Source: Oligoflexales bacterium (GTDB taxonomy: Bacteria > Myxococcota_A > UBA9042 > DTJE01). From it: a DNA stretch of 64,000 nucleotides. The notes beneath the pieces were generated by a model, which had not been told where the DNA came from, did no database searches, and saw nothing but the letters and a program-made list of their open reading frames with translations. Shown here one piece after another: positions 9,151 to 18,379 of this stretch (within the stretch, counting starts at the first letter, position 1; every line of letters begins with the position of its first letter). Where the stretch lies: NCBI GenBank assembly GCA_012840965.1, contig DUVQ01000121.1, forward strand, positions 14,907 through 78,906, given 5' to 3'. Position numbers and translations under genes: made by a program.

Positions 9151-10029
9151 ATGCCCGATGCGTTTGACGGCGTGCCTTTATGGATTCTAAAAGCCACTGT
9201 ACTGGCTTTGGGGGCTACCTTTGGGTCTTTTGCGAACGTTGTGATTTACAGGTTGCCTCTAGGCAGATCGATTGTGTATCCCGGGTCGGCGTGTGCAAAA
9301 TGTGAAACGCCCATCAAGTGGTTCGACAACATTCCAGTCATCAGCTACATGCTGCTTTTGGGCAAGTGCAGGGTATGTAAGGACCCAATCTCGATAAGGT
9401 ATCCATTAATTGAGCTTTCAGGTGCTGTTCTATCGCTGGCCTGCCTTTTACTGGCCATAAATGTTGGGTTTGAAGTCGCTGATTTGGCAGGCTTGGCGGT
9501 CCTGTGGGCGTTTTTCTTCGCATTTTGCTTCCTGTTACTGGTCATCACCTTTATCGATCTTGAGCATTGGTGGATTCCACCCTCACTGGTTCTTCCGGGA
9601 ATAGCGATTGGGTTGCTGACCAATATTTTGCTTGGAGATTTGACTAGGGTAAGTTGGCTTGACGCATTGATTGGAATGGTCGCCGGAGCCTTGCCCATAT
9701 GGCTGATTCGAGTCTTGTATTTCAAGATTCGAGGCCATGAAGGTATGGGGCTTGGCGACGTTTTTCTGATGGCAATGGTCGGAGCGATGCTTGGCTATGT
9801 CGCCTTACCTTTTGTGCTACTTGCAGCATCGATTCAAGGCTTGATAGTTGCGATTCCCTTGTCGCTAAAAAAGAAGATATCGGACCCACCATGGGAACCT
9901 GAAGAAGGCCATGAACACCAGGAAACAATGGGCAAAACAGCTGTCCCATTTGGTCCTTTCATAGCGTTAGGTGCTCTTCAGTGGCTGTTCTTTGGCGATG
10001 CAATAGCCGCACTGCTGTTTCAGTTCTAA
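9151..10029 (+). CDS. pilD: Prepilin peptidase/N-methyltransferase
   Basis: GSFANVVIYRLP, CAKC..CRVC, FIDLEH, GMGLGDV and PFGPFIA. Confidence 0.95.
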   Translation: MPDAFDGVPLWILKATVLALGATFGSFANVVIYRLPLGRSIVYPGSACAKCETPIKWFDNIPVISYMLLLGKCRVCKDPISIRYPLIELSGAVLSLACLLLAINVGFEVADLAGLAVLWAFFFAFCFLLLVITFIDLEHWWIPPSLVLPGIAIGLLTNILLGDLTRVSWLDALIGMVAGALPIWLIRVLYFKIRGHEGMGLGDVFLMAMVGAMLGYVALPFVLLAASIQGLIVAIPLSLKKKISDPPWEPEEGHEHQETMGKTAVPFGPFIALGALQWLFFGDAIAALLFQF

Positions 10030-10056
10030 AAGTCTCTGAGACTAATCGGACAATTT

Positions 10057-10107
10057 GGGGGAAGGGGAAGGGGCAGGGACAGGGGAAGGGGCAGGGACGG
10101 GGACGGG
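10057..10107 (+). repeat. G-rich hexamer tract (GGGGAA/GGGGCA/GGGACA)n; G-quadruplex-capable, with five GGGNAGGG
   Basis: gggggaaggggaaggggcagggacaggggaaggggcagggacggggacggg read directly. Confidence 0.85.
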
Positions 10108-10120
10108 AAGACGTTTGTGC

Positions 10121-10181
10121 TGATCTGCAGGATTTGGAGCTAAAAGAAGGTCGAGAGGGCACCCAGCAACATGGTCCGGGG
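10121..10181 (+). repeat. Dispersed 61-bp intergenic repeat, copy 1
   Basis: 59/61 identical to 18423-18483 by manual alignment. Confidence 0.9.
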
Positions 10182-10381
10182 GCAATCCTGGAGGGCGCTA
10201 TCGGGAGTTGCCGGGACCCGACGTCTTTTGGTTGACATGAAGGCCGCGAAGCGGCCCGTCCGGGCCAAAAGGATAAACGTGCACGTTAGCAATCGTATAT
10301 TTCGCCCGGACGATGTCACCAAGAGACAGTCGGGATGGCTACGGGAGATTTTGGGTCCGGAAGGATGCCCCCGGACATGTT
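10168..10381. other. ~214-bp imperfect branched palindrome (structured ssDNA/RNA or MITE/REPIN-like element)
   Basis: Pairing arms 10168-10189/10362-10381, 10217-10238/10313-10334 and 10257-10265/10304-10312; side hairpin 10242-10256; apical palindrome 10276-10287. Confidence 0.7.
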
Positions 10382-10508
10382 TTAAAACTCTAACGAAGAG
10401 ATAAAACGCCAAAAAGAACAAACAATCAGGAGTCATAACAAGCTAGTTAGCAGGATCTGCAACAGGGTCAGTATCAGAGGCGGGGACAGGGGATGTGGGG
10501 GGATTGCG

Positions 10509-12125
10509 TTAGCGGCGCTGGAGTGCGAAGAGTAGGGGTTCGAGTTCGTCGACCCAGAAGCTGCCGCCCTTTGCTTCCTTGTCAGCCTGGATCAAGCGCT
10601 CGACGTCCTTGACGGTAGATTTGTCACCGAGACGCCAAATCCCAATGATCAGGAAGCGTCGCAGGTCGGTCTCTTTTGGGTTCACAGTTGGATAGAAGGT
10701 CAACAGCGCTTCCAGCGCCTTCCTACTGTGATCACCCTTCACGTTACTAAGCAAAATGGCCGCCTTCTGGGAAGCAACGATATCTTCACCCTTAAGCACG
10801 CCAATCAGGCAATCAACGTCGTTCTTAGCGCACTTTTGAAGTACCGAGATCATTGACTGGAACTCGCCAGACTCTTCACCAGTGGTTCGCGCTACAACCA
10901 GCTCACTCTTGTCAGCCTTCAGCATCTTTTCCAGGGCAGGCAGTTCATCCCATGAAATCCCCATAGCGACCGGTTTCAGCAATGGGGCGCGGAAGGTCTG
11001 CAGCTTGGAGGTTTTGTAGATATCCAAAAGGGCAGGCATTCCAGCATAACCTGGGAGCATACCCAGAGCAGTAGCCGTATCGAGGCGAAGCTTAGCGTCA
11101 TTATCTGGGTTAACGATGATCTCTTTAAGCTGAGGGATAATCTCAGGAGAACCAACGTTCCACAGCGCCAGCATGGCCATCGTGATGCGGTTTTGCTGAG
11201 TAATCTGCCAGGAACGAGTGACACGGTCATCAACACCAACAGGTGGGTTCAAAGGCTTTGCAAGGCTCTTTGCGATGGCCGGCGCAGCTGAAATCTCACG
11301 AAGATCACCCAAAACCTGATAAATCTCGGGGCCATCTTGCCATTCCCATTCATTCATCCCAAGGCGACTAGCCGTATTCGCCAGTTCCTCGATCATTGGA
11401 CCGTATTTGGAACGGTCATTAGCCTGCACCGCAACCAAAGGCTCCACAACCTTCGGCCCGATCCTCGCAAGAGCCTTCCTGGCGGCGGTGTACATCTTTT
11501 CACCACGCTGGGTCTTTATAAACATCCCCATGATCAGGTGAGGGATTGCCTCTTCAGAACCAATCTCTCCAAGAAGTCTGGCAGCAGCAGCATTGACCTG
11601 GATACCCTGCAGGTTCGGGTCATTACGCAGTAACTGAATAAACAGTTTTTCGTGCTGCTTCAGGTTATCCTTATCAATCTTGGCCAGAGCATTGATTGCA
11701 TTATGTCTGGCCTTCGGTGCATCACTGGTTGTCAACACCTCGATCAGCGGTTTGCGCAGCTCAGGGATTGCAAAATCCTCTGCGACGGCTGCAGCCTGAG
11801 GCGCAGAATCCGGATCCCGCAGTGCAGCGGTCAGCAGTTCCACTGAGGCAAGAGGCTCATTGATGTTCTTTACAGCGGCAAGGATGTCATCCTTGAACTG
11901 GCTGGTTGGGAAAAGCTCTAATAGAATCGGTAAGCTGTCAACACAGTGCAGCTCACCGGATTCTTTAATCGCCTTTTTGCCATTGACGGGGCTACGCAGC
12001 AATTTAGCCCAGCCATTACACGTGGTCGGAGTGCCTTTGACGCATGCAGTTTCAAGCGTAAGGGCAAACGCCACTGTCACGGTTAACAGAACGACTAGCG
12101 GTTTTCTATCCACGGTGTCCTCCAC
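10509..12125 (-). CDS. HEAT/ARM-repeat protein, probably an exported lipoprotein
   Basis: Hydrophobic N-terminus ending LETAC; repeats AAARLLGEIGSEEAIPHL and AARKALARIGPKVVEPL. Confidence 0.7.
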   Translation of the reverse strand: MEDTVDRKPLVVLLTVTVAFALTLETACVKGTPTTCNGWAKLLRSPVNGKKAIKESGELHCVDSLPILLELFPTSQFKDDILAAVKNINEPLASVELLTAALRDPDSAPQAAAVAEDFAIPELRKPLIEVLTTSDAPKARHNAINALAKIDKDNLKQHEKLFIQLLRNDPNLQGIQVNAAAARLLGEIGSEEAIPHLIMGMFIKTQRGEKMYTAARKALARIGPKVVEPLVAVQANDRSKYGPMIEELANTASRLGMNEWEWQDGPEIYQVLGDLREISAAPAIAKSLAKPLNPPVGVDDRVTRSWQITQQNRITMAMLALWNVGSPEIIPQLKEIIVNPDNDAKLRLDTATALGMLPGYAGMPALLDIYKTSKLQTFRAPLLKPVAMGISWDELPALEKMLKADKSELVVARTTGEESGEFQSMISVLQKCAKNDVDCLIGVLKGEDIVASQKAAILLSNVKGDHSRKALEALLTFYPTVNPKETDLRRFLIIGIWRLGDKSTVKDVERLIQADKEAKGGSFWVDELEPLLFALQRR

Positions 12126-12236
12126 AAGTGATTTGTTGTCACTGAAAGTACCTTATGGAGTATAGTTTGACCGTTGCCACAAGGTCAAGAGGGTTGGCCA
12201 CGTCTATTGACCTTTATTTTTGCGTTGAGGGGGAGA

Positions 12237-12788
12237 ATGAGCCCAAAAAACATGTGGAGAAAGGCCGTTCCGGGCATTTTATTCCTGTCGCTGCTTTCTT
12301 GTGGCGGCGGTCAGACTGCTGGACTGGATGTCGACAGCCTTCTGTTTGGTCTTGAAAAATGCCAGGAAAATTCGGATTGCCAGACAAATATGTGCTCTAT
12401 GGGAATGTGTTTGGGGTTTTTAACCGTAAGTTCCGACCTGCAGCGTGCCGAAATAGGGGCCGTTTTTGGTAAAGCGGCGCCAAGAGCACGAGAGCGCTTG
12501 ATTGACGCTTTGGCTGTGGTGCTTGAAGACGGGGATACATCAAGTGTAATCAGGGCCAGAGCCGCGGATGGGTTGGGTTATTTAGGTGGTGACAGGGTAG
12601 AACAGATGTTGCAGCCAGCCTTGGCTGAACACTCGGAAATTATAAGATTTTTTGCAGCGCGTTCCCTGCATGCCTTGGGTAATTCAGTTGGTACCGAGAC
12701 TCTGCTGACCTTCAAAGACCATGAATCTGAGGCCGTAAGGATAATGACCGAGTTAGCACTGGCTGATCACGGCGAAAACAGGAAGTAA
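12237..12788 (+). CDS. HEAT-repeat lipoprotein with a small Cys knot
   Basis: Lipobox LLSC, CQENSDC..CSMGMC, RARAADGLGYLG and RFFAARSLHALG; GGAG before ATG 12237. Confidence 0.65.
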   Translation: MSPKNMWRKAVPGILFLSLLSCGGGQTAGLDVDSLLFGLEKCQENSDCQTNMCSMGMCLGFLTVSSDLQRAEIGAVFGKAAPRARERLIDALAVVLEDGDTSSVIRARAADGLGYLGGDRVEQMLQPALAEHSEIIRFFAARSLHALGNSVGTETLLTFKDHESEAVRIMTELALADHGENRK

Positions 12789-15685
12789 AACGTGTCTTTA
12801 CCCTTGTCTGCGAATCCGTGCGCGTAGCCTATTTTTAAAGTTGCATCTCTGGCCAAGAACAGATTTATTCCCAAAGATAGTTCAGCCCCAATTCCCCAGT
12901 TAAATCCGCTTGAGCTGTCATTTGTCCAGGTCCTACCCAGATCCGCGAAGACGGCTCCATGGAGGTAGCGTGCAGACAGTGGAATTGTGCCCAAGCTGCG
13001 AAAGATTGGAAAAATTGGGAAGCGATACTCAAGATTGCCAAGAAAGTAAGAGTTTCCCACGAAGGCGTTGTGACCGTAGCCACGTAAGTAACGCCCAGAT
13101 AGTGGCTGATTGTTAATAATTGCCATCACCATGTCTTGTACTGGAAAACCGCCTTGTCCGTAGACTTCTATCGTTCCTATGTCCCCAATAGAAGTCGCTC
13201 CAGATGTAAGCAGGGCCAGCACATGACCATGTCCCCAGGGCATTGGTACATATCCGTCAAGGGTGCCAGTGATTGTTAAGGATTTTCCATCACTTCCAAG
13301 CCATTTGTGGCGCCCTCCAACAGATATGCCACCAGAGAGGCCGCGCTCGGTTGATACAGATTTCGCCCAGGAACGCAGCCAAGAAAAAGACGCAGAAGCG
13401 GTAAGGCCAGCCAGTCTGCGGCTTTCTGGACGAGAAGGTGTGGTAGATGCCGGTTCGTGGGCTTTAGGTATTTCGCCAATCATTTTCCAGCGTATGGAGT
13501 AGCCCAAAGAAACCCTGAATGAAACCACCCGACCAGGAATTGGTAAGGAAGCTCCGGCGTTTATCATCCAGTTCCTGGCGTCCACTTCCTTGATTTGATC
13601 ATCAATTATGGCGCGGTCTGTTCCATTCCAGGTCACAACATCAAGGGATAAATTAGGAAAAAGGCCAAAGTACTTGTACTGTAAAGCCCCGTAGGGTGTA
13701 ATCCTCGTCAAATCAGCATCAAAAGCGGCCAAAAAATAGTGACGGTCTAAAACATCAGAACCAGTAAATTCAAAGCCAAGCCTGTTATTACCCCCGCTTG
13801 AAAAAGCCCACCTTGGTATTATGGAGCGCGGCTTTAACGATGTCGCTCGATAAGGAGTGGCGTCGCCATCGAAGTCAGTTTCCATTGGGAAAGGTGGTGG
13901 AGTTTGGGCTGATTCTAAAGGGCTGTCCGCATGGGGAGCCTTGGTGTCATCTATGGCGATCCAATTCTGTGGCTCCAAGGGTAACATCGCCAAATCATAG
14001 CCTTTTGGGCCATATGCACTGTAAACAATCGAAGTGCCAGCTGGAGAAACGGCCGGCCAAAAGGCGCCTCCAGGTTCCCTTGTAATTCTAAATAGTTGTC
14101 CCGTTGCTAATTCAAGCGCGAAAAGGTCAAAAACACCTTCATGGTCGGAAGAGAAAACTATGAACCTTCCATCAGGCGTGGGCACTGGGTCGCGATCAAG
14201 AAATTTATCGTTTGTTAACTGTTGCAATTGGCCAGTTTCAAGGTTTACTGACCATAAGTCCCATTGGCCGTCTTTTGCACCTGTAAAAACGAGATGCTCT
14301 GATCCTGGCAAAACAACTGGGTCACCCAAATCGCTGAATAATCCAGGTTGGATGATGACTTTCTCACTTTCTGAAGGTTTGTCTTCGCCCACCGCAAATG
14401 AGACTAGCGATGCTTGATCATAGTCTGCCCGAACGTATGCAATGGTCGTGGCATTAAACTTGTCATCAAAGACGGCCAAATCCCTGGCCCTGCTTCTGGA
14501 GGTCAGCTTTTTGAGACCATCTTTTAATTCAAAGATCTCGCCATATTGATAAACCAGACGATTCCAACTGGTTGATGTTGAAAAGATGCGACCACGGTAT
14601 GCAGCAACTGAATGACATCCCCCATCGCAGTCGACCAAGCGCTGTGGCTTTTTATTAGGCCTTTCAATGTCGAGCTGGAACAAACCAGACATGGAACGCC
14701 CGTCGGATTTTACCCACACTACATGTCTTGGGTCCTTGAACACGGCTCGCCCATTGAATTCGCCGCCTTTAGTAAGTCTTTCACCTTGGATTAGACCCAG
14801 TTGCGTTAATTCGGCCAAGTGCTTTTCACTGTCTGCGATAACCTGCGCGTGAAATTCACTCCACAACGAGTAAAAAGTGGTTCCAAAGTGACGTTTTGCC
14901 ACTGTGTTCAGCAAAAACGGTATCACGTTCGCGCCGTAGTTTTTAATGAATTTGGTAATCGTCTCTAGCCCAAACTTTTGTGCCAAAAATTCAAAGAAGA
15001 AGCCTCCAAACAGGTATGGGGAAGTGCCTCTTGGCCAGATGATGGGAGTTACTGTAAGTTGTGATAATTGTGGAAAGGTCCCACCCAAGGCTGCCTGGCG
15101 AAGCATCATTTTGTACTGGCTGGAGCCAAGTCTGCCTCCATCTGGAAGTTGGGACTCCATAAATACTGCCAAGCCTTCGATGAACCATTTCTGGATTGCC
15201 CCGTTTGGCAGAAATGTTTTTCCGATGACCTTGTTGACAAATCCTGGGATCTTGGACACTTCGTCCATGTGCACGATGTGGGTGTATTCGTGGACAACTA
15301 GTGATGAAAGATAATCTGAAAAAACGCCCAACTCTGAGTCTGGCCCGGGTGGCGCAGCAAAAAGTCGAATCTTGTCGTATGGATGAACTGAGGCCCAACC
15401 ATTAGCCGAATCAACATCATCCCAAAGTGATATTTCGACGAGCTGACTTGGGTACAGTCCCAAGAGTTCGCCAACCCACTGGTGCGAGGAATTGGCAATG
15501 CTCATCACCCTGCGAGCCATAAGTTCGCCACCTTGATAAAAGTGAACTTTAAAGTGCTCTGAACTCAGGGTTTTCCAACGTATATTTGGGTCAGTGCCGG
15601 CAAAAGCTTTGGCTGGTGCCAGCAAGAGGATTACCGCCAATATGGCAAGTAAGGCAAAACTGCGTGGTGATGCGATGTTGCTCAC
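12767..15685 (-). CDS. Omp85/BamA-TamA-like outer membrane protein with an N-terminal gluzincin-like domain and a TolB/PD40 propeller
   Basis: Signal peptide, HEYTH..WFIEGLA, PD40 repeats (DPVPTPDGRFIVFSS, WPAVSPAG), LRGY, NLEYRFP and C-terminal FYFLFSP. Confidence 0.75.
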   Translation of the reverse strand: MSNIASPRSFALLAILAVILLLAPAKAFAGTDPNIRWKTLSSEHFKVHFYQGGELMARRVMSIANSSHQWVGELLGLYPSQLVEISLWDDVDSANGWASVHPYDKIRLFAAPPGPDSELGVFSDYLSSLVVHEYTHIVHMDEVSKIPGFVNKVIGKTFLPNGAIQKWFIEGLAVFMESQLPDGGRLGSSQYKMMLRQAALGGTFPQLSQLTVTPIIWPRGTSPYLFGGFFFEFLAQKFGLETITKFIKNYGANVIPFLLNTVAKRHFGTTFYSLWSEFHAQVIADSEKHLAELTQLGLIQGERLTKGGEFNGRAVFKDPRHVVWVKSDGRSMSGLFQLDIERPNKKPQRLVDCDGGCHSVAAYRGRIFSTSTSWNRLVYQYGEIFELKDGLKKLTSRSRARDLAVFDDKFNATTIAYVRADYDQASLVSFAVGEDKPSESEKVIIQPGLFSDLGDPVVLPGSEHLVFTGAKDGQWDLWSVNLETGQLQQLTNDKFLDRDPVPTPDGRFIVFSSDHEGVFDLFALELATGQLFRITREPGGAFWPAVSPAGTSIVYSAYGPKGYDLAMLPLEPQNWIAIDDTKAPHADSPLESAQTPPPFPMETDFDGDATPYRATSLKPRSIIPRWAFSSGGNNRLGFEFTGSDVLDRHYFLAAFDADLTRITPYGALQYKYFGLFPNLSLDVVTWNGTDRAIIDDQIKEVDARNWMINAGASLPIPGRVVSFRVSLGYSIRWKMIGEIPKAHEPASTTPSRPESRRLAGLTASASFSWLRSWAKSVSTERGLSGGISVGGRHKWLGSDGKSLTITGTLDGYVPMPWGHGHVLALLTSGATSIGDIGTIEVYGQGGFPVQDMVMAIINNQPLSGRYLRGYGHNAFVGNSYFLGNLEYRFPIFPIFRSLGTIPLSARYLHGAVFADLGRTWTNDSSSGFNWGIGAELSLGINLFLARDATLKIGYAHGFADKGKDTFYFLFSP

Positions 15686-15753
15686 GCGATAAAGATATCA
15701 CATGGCTCGTGGATCAACGTGCTCAAATTGAGCATTGCCAGGAATAACGTGGC

Positions 15754-16152
15754 TTATTCCTGTGCGGCCTCAGGTGCGGCTTCCTTTGCAGGTTCGGCAG
15801 CAGGTTCGGCAGCAGGTTCGGCAGCAGGCTCTGCGGCAGGCTCTGCAGCTGGTTCGGCAGCAGGCTCAGCGGCTGGTTCGGCAGCTGGTTGTTCCTCGGC
15901 TTTAGGGGCCTCTGCTGGCGGCTGAACCCCTGGTTCCTCGACCACAACGTTGGACAGTTCTATGAACTTGTCTAAATTAGCCAAGTAGTTAGCGCATTCG
16001 TCTCTGGCAGTCAGTTGCCCTGCTTTTTCACAGGCCAGACTTGCTGCATCCTTATCACATACCGCTTTCTTAAGCTCGTTACATTCGTTTTTGCCACACC
16101 CAGTCGCAAAACCTATTGCAACAACACCAGCCAGGATCAATAACCTTTTCAT
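15754..16152 (-). CDS. Small lipoprotein with a (PAAE)n tail
   Basis: Lipobox ATGC, Cys-containing core and tandem PAAE repeats. Confidence 0.75.
   Translation of the reverse strand: MKRLLILAGVVAIGFATGCGKNECNELKKAVCDKDAASLACEKAGQLTARDECANYLANLDKFIELSNVVVEEPGVQPPAEAPKAEEQPAAEPAAEPAAEPAAEPAAEPAAEPAAEPAAEPAKEAAPEAAQE
15788..15890. repeat. 12-bp coding tandem repeat (PAAE, about 8-9 units)
   Basis: gcaggttcggca-type units read directly. Confidence 0.85.
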
Positions 16153-16393
16153 CACGATGTACTCCAAAGAAGACGTTCCATCGTATCACAACCGCCCGAA
16201 CTTAAAAGTCCCTTATCTCTGTAGTTTCAAGCGAAAAATACCCCATTTGAGGTTCTTTGTAAGGTTTTTTTCGGGCCCTCGCTTCCATACCAAGTGACCA
16301 CCAAGTAAAACAAAAGTAGACATGAGGACGTATTTGTTCGTTCTATTTAGGGCTATCCACGTCATCTGATGGCGTGCTAGTATCGCGTAAGTT

Positions 16394-17800
16394 TTGGCGG
16401 AGCCTAAGGTGGATCTGGTTGAACTGATCAAGGCTGCAGGTGTTGTTGGTGCTGGTGGGGCTGGATTTCCTACCCATGTCAAGGCCGCTGCAAGGGCGGA
16501 AATATTGATTGCCAACGGTGCTGAGTGCGAGCCTTTACTTGTTACTGACCAATGGACTGTGATTAGTCACGCCAAGTTGATTGCTGAAGGCATGAGAGCC
16601 CTTGGTAATAGGGTGGGTGCGAAACGCCTGATTTTTGGCGTGAAATCCCATTATACCGACGTGATACAGGCGATGACTCCCTTTTTGGATGGGGAATATC
16701 CCATCGAAATAGGTCTGATCGGGGATTTTTATCCTGCCGGTGACGAGCAGGTTTTGGTACACGAACTGACTGGGCGCGTGGTGCCCGAGGGTGGAATTCC
16801 TTTGGATGTGGGGGTGGTAGTTAGCAATGTGGCAACCCTTGCGAACATCAGGCGTTCCATTGACGGCCAGCCTGTTATTCGCAAGGAAGTGACTGTAACA
16901 GGGCTGGTCCGTAACCCAGGTGTCTATGAAGTCCCAATTGGTATTTCAACTGCGGAAGTCGTGGCAGCCGCGGGAGGGGTAACTGACGAAAACGTCGCAA
17001 TCATCGAAGGTGGCCCCATGATGGGCATGCTGATTGAAGACTGGTCCAAACCTGTAACAAAAACCACTGGCGCTTTTTTGGTGTTGCCTGCTGACAACGA
17101 GGTGGTGATTACCAGACGGCGTCCTCATGCTGCTACTTTTCGCCAGGCCCTTGCTGTCTGCTGTCAGTGCCGCATGTGTACTGACCAGTGTTCAAGGTTC
17201 TTGCTTGGGCATCGTATCGCGCCTCACCTTGCGATGAGGGCCTTGCTAGCTGGTGGGGCTTATGATTTGGATGGGGTTGATGCTGAGGGCAGGCGTTTTG
17301 GTCAGCCCAGCGGAGACGACATCCCATTTGAAGTCAGGGCGATGGGCTACTTGTGTTCCCAGTGTGGAATCTGTGAGGTCTGGTCTTGTCCCCTTGGTTT
17401 ATCTCCAAGGTACGTTTTTGGGGACTATAAAGCTGGGATGATTGCAAGAAAACAGCCAAATCCCTTGAAAAATCGACCAGAAACCGCGCTAGAACAGCAA
17501 GCTTGGCTCAGGCTGCCCAAGCCAAGACTCGTAGAGAGGCTTGGACTGAAAGACTATCTATTGCCATACAAGGGCACTACCGTTCCAGTTGCAGATCCTT
17601 GGGAAGTTAACATCAGGCTAAAACAGCATGTCGGAGCCCCAGCCATTCCCATTGTAAAAGTGGGCCAAGCAGTTTCAGCAGGTCAATGCATTGCTGAGAT
17701 TCCGACGGGAGCGCTTGGGGCCAGAGTTCATGCATCCATGACAGGAACGGTTGCAGCGATAACTGACCAGCACATAAAGATTGTTAGGCAAGGTGTCTGA
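16394..17800 (+). CDS. pduS: PduS-like flavin/4Fe-4S oxidoreductase (cobalamin reductase; RnfC paralog); start may be GTG 16409
   Basis: GAGGAGFPTHVK, ANGAECEP, YPAGDEQ, GGPMMG, CCQCRMCTDQC, CSQCGICE..CP, and a C-terminal LKQHVGAPA..VHASMTG domain (PduS arrangement). Confidence 0.85.
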   Translation: MAEPKVDLVELIKAAGVVGAGGAGFPTHVKAAARAEILIANGAECEPLLVTDQWTVISHAKLIAEGMRALGNRVGAKRLIFGVKSHYTDVIQAMTPFLDGEYPIEIGLIGDFYPAGDEQVLVHELTGRVVPEGGIPLDVGVVVSNVATLANIRRSIDGQPVIRKEVTVTGLVRNPGVYEVPIGISTAEVVAAAGGVTDENVAIIEGGPMMGMLIEDWSKPVTKTTGAFLVLPADNEVVITRRRPHAATFRQALAVCCQCRMCTDQCSRFLLGHRIAPHLAMRALLAGGAYDLDGVDAEGRRFGQPSGDDIPFEVRAMGYLCSQCGICEVWSCPLGLSPRYVFGDYKAGMIARKQPNPLKNRPETALEQQAWLRLPKPRLVERLGLKDYLLPYKGTTVPVADPWEVNIRLKQHVGAPAIPIVKVGQAVSAGQCIAEIPTGALGARVHASMTGTVAAITDQHIKIVRQGV

Positions 17801-17826
17801 TCATTTAATTAAGAGAGGTCCTACAT

Positions 17827-18378
17827 ATGACTTCACTACCGGCGATTGCTTTGATTGAGCTGACTTCCATTGCTCGTGGCGTAGTAGCCTCAGATGCCAT
17901 GGCTAAAACGGCCCCAGTCAAGCTACTTCAGTCCCAGACGATATGTCCAGGCAAATACCTGATAGTCGTAGGCGGCGGCGAAGACCCTGTAAGAGAGGCT
18001 TTTCAGGTCGGCCTACACTACGCTGGCCAGTATCTAGTCGACCACCTTGTAATTCCAAACTTACATCCCCAAGTGCTACCAGCTCTGGCAGCGATGCAGC
18101 CTCTCCAAAAGCTGGAGTCAGTCGGAATCATAGAGACATTCTCTGCAGCAGCAACCGTTTTAGCCGCCGACGCAGCCTGCAAGGCCGCAGAGATCACCCT
18201 AATCGAGCTGCGCCTAGGCAACGGACTAGGCGGAAAAGCCTACCTGACCCTATCAGGCGAACAGTTCTCAGTAGAAGCCGCCCTAAGCGCCGGAGTCGAT
18301 GCAATAGCATCCGGCCTGTTGCTAAGGTCCGAGCTAATCCCAGCCCCCCACCAAGACATGGGCAGGGCTTTGTTGTAG
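17827..18378 (+). CDS. pduT: PduT-like BMC-T shell protein with the pore Cys
   Basis: ELTSIARG..DAMAK, TICPGKY, IIETFS..AADAACKAA and RLGNGLGGK; follows pduS. Confidence 0.85.
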   Translation: MTSLPAIALIELTSIARGVVASDAMAKTAPVKLLQSQTICPGKYLIVVGGGEDPVREAFQVGLHYAGQYLVDHLVIPNLHPQVLPALAAMQPLQKLESVGIIETFSAAATVLAADAACKAAEITLIELRLGNGLGGKAYLTLSGEQFSVEAALSAGVDAIASGLLLRSELIPAPHQDMGRALL

Positions 18379-18379
18379 A

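Noticed and set aside
10168-10381. 6S RNA, SRP RNA or integron attC identity for the long hairpin
   Set aside because: GGTCCGGAAGGA resembles the SRP loop but lacks the flanking CAGG/AGCAG. There is no 6S-type gene context or motif, the ends do not fit RYYYAAC/GTTRRRY, and no integrase is present.
9959-10436. Small ORFs over the repeat loci (also 18240-18627)
   Set aside because: They are low-complexity translations of the G-tracts and shared repeat (GQGQG/PCPCP), lack an RBS, and open in different contexts at the two loci.
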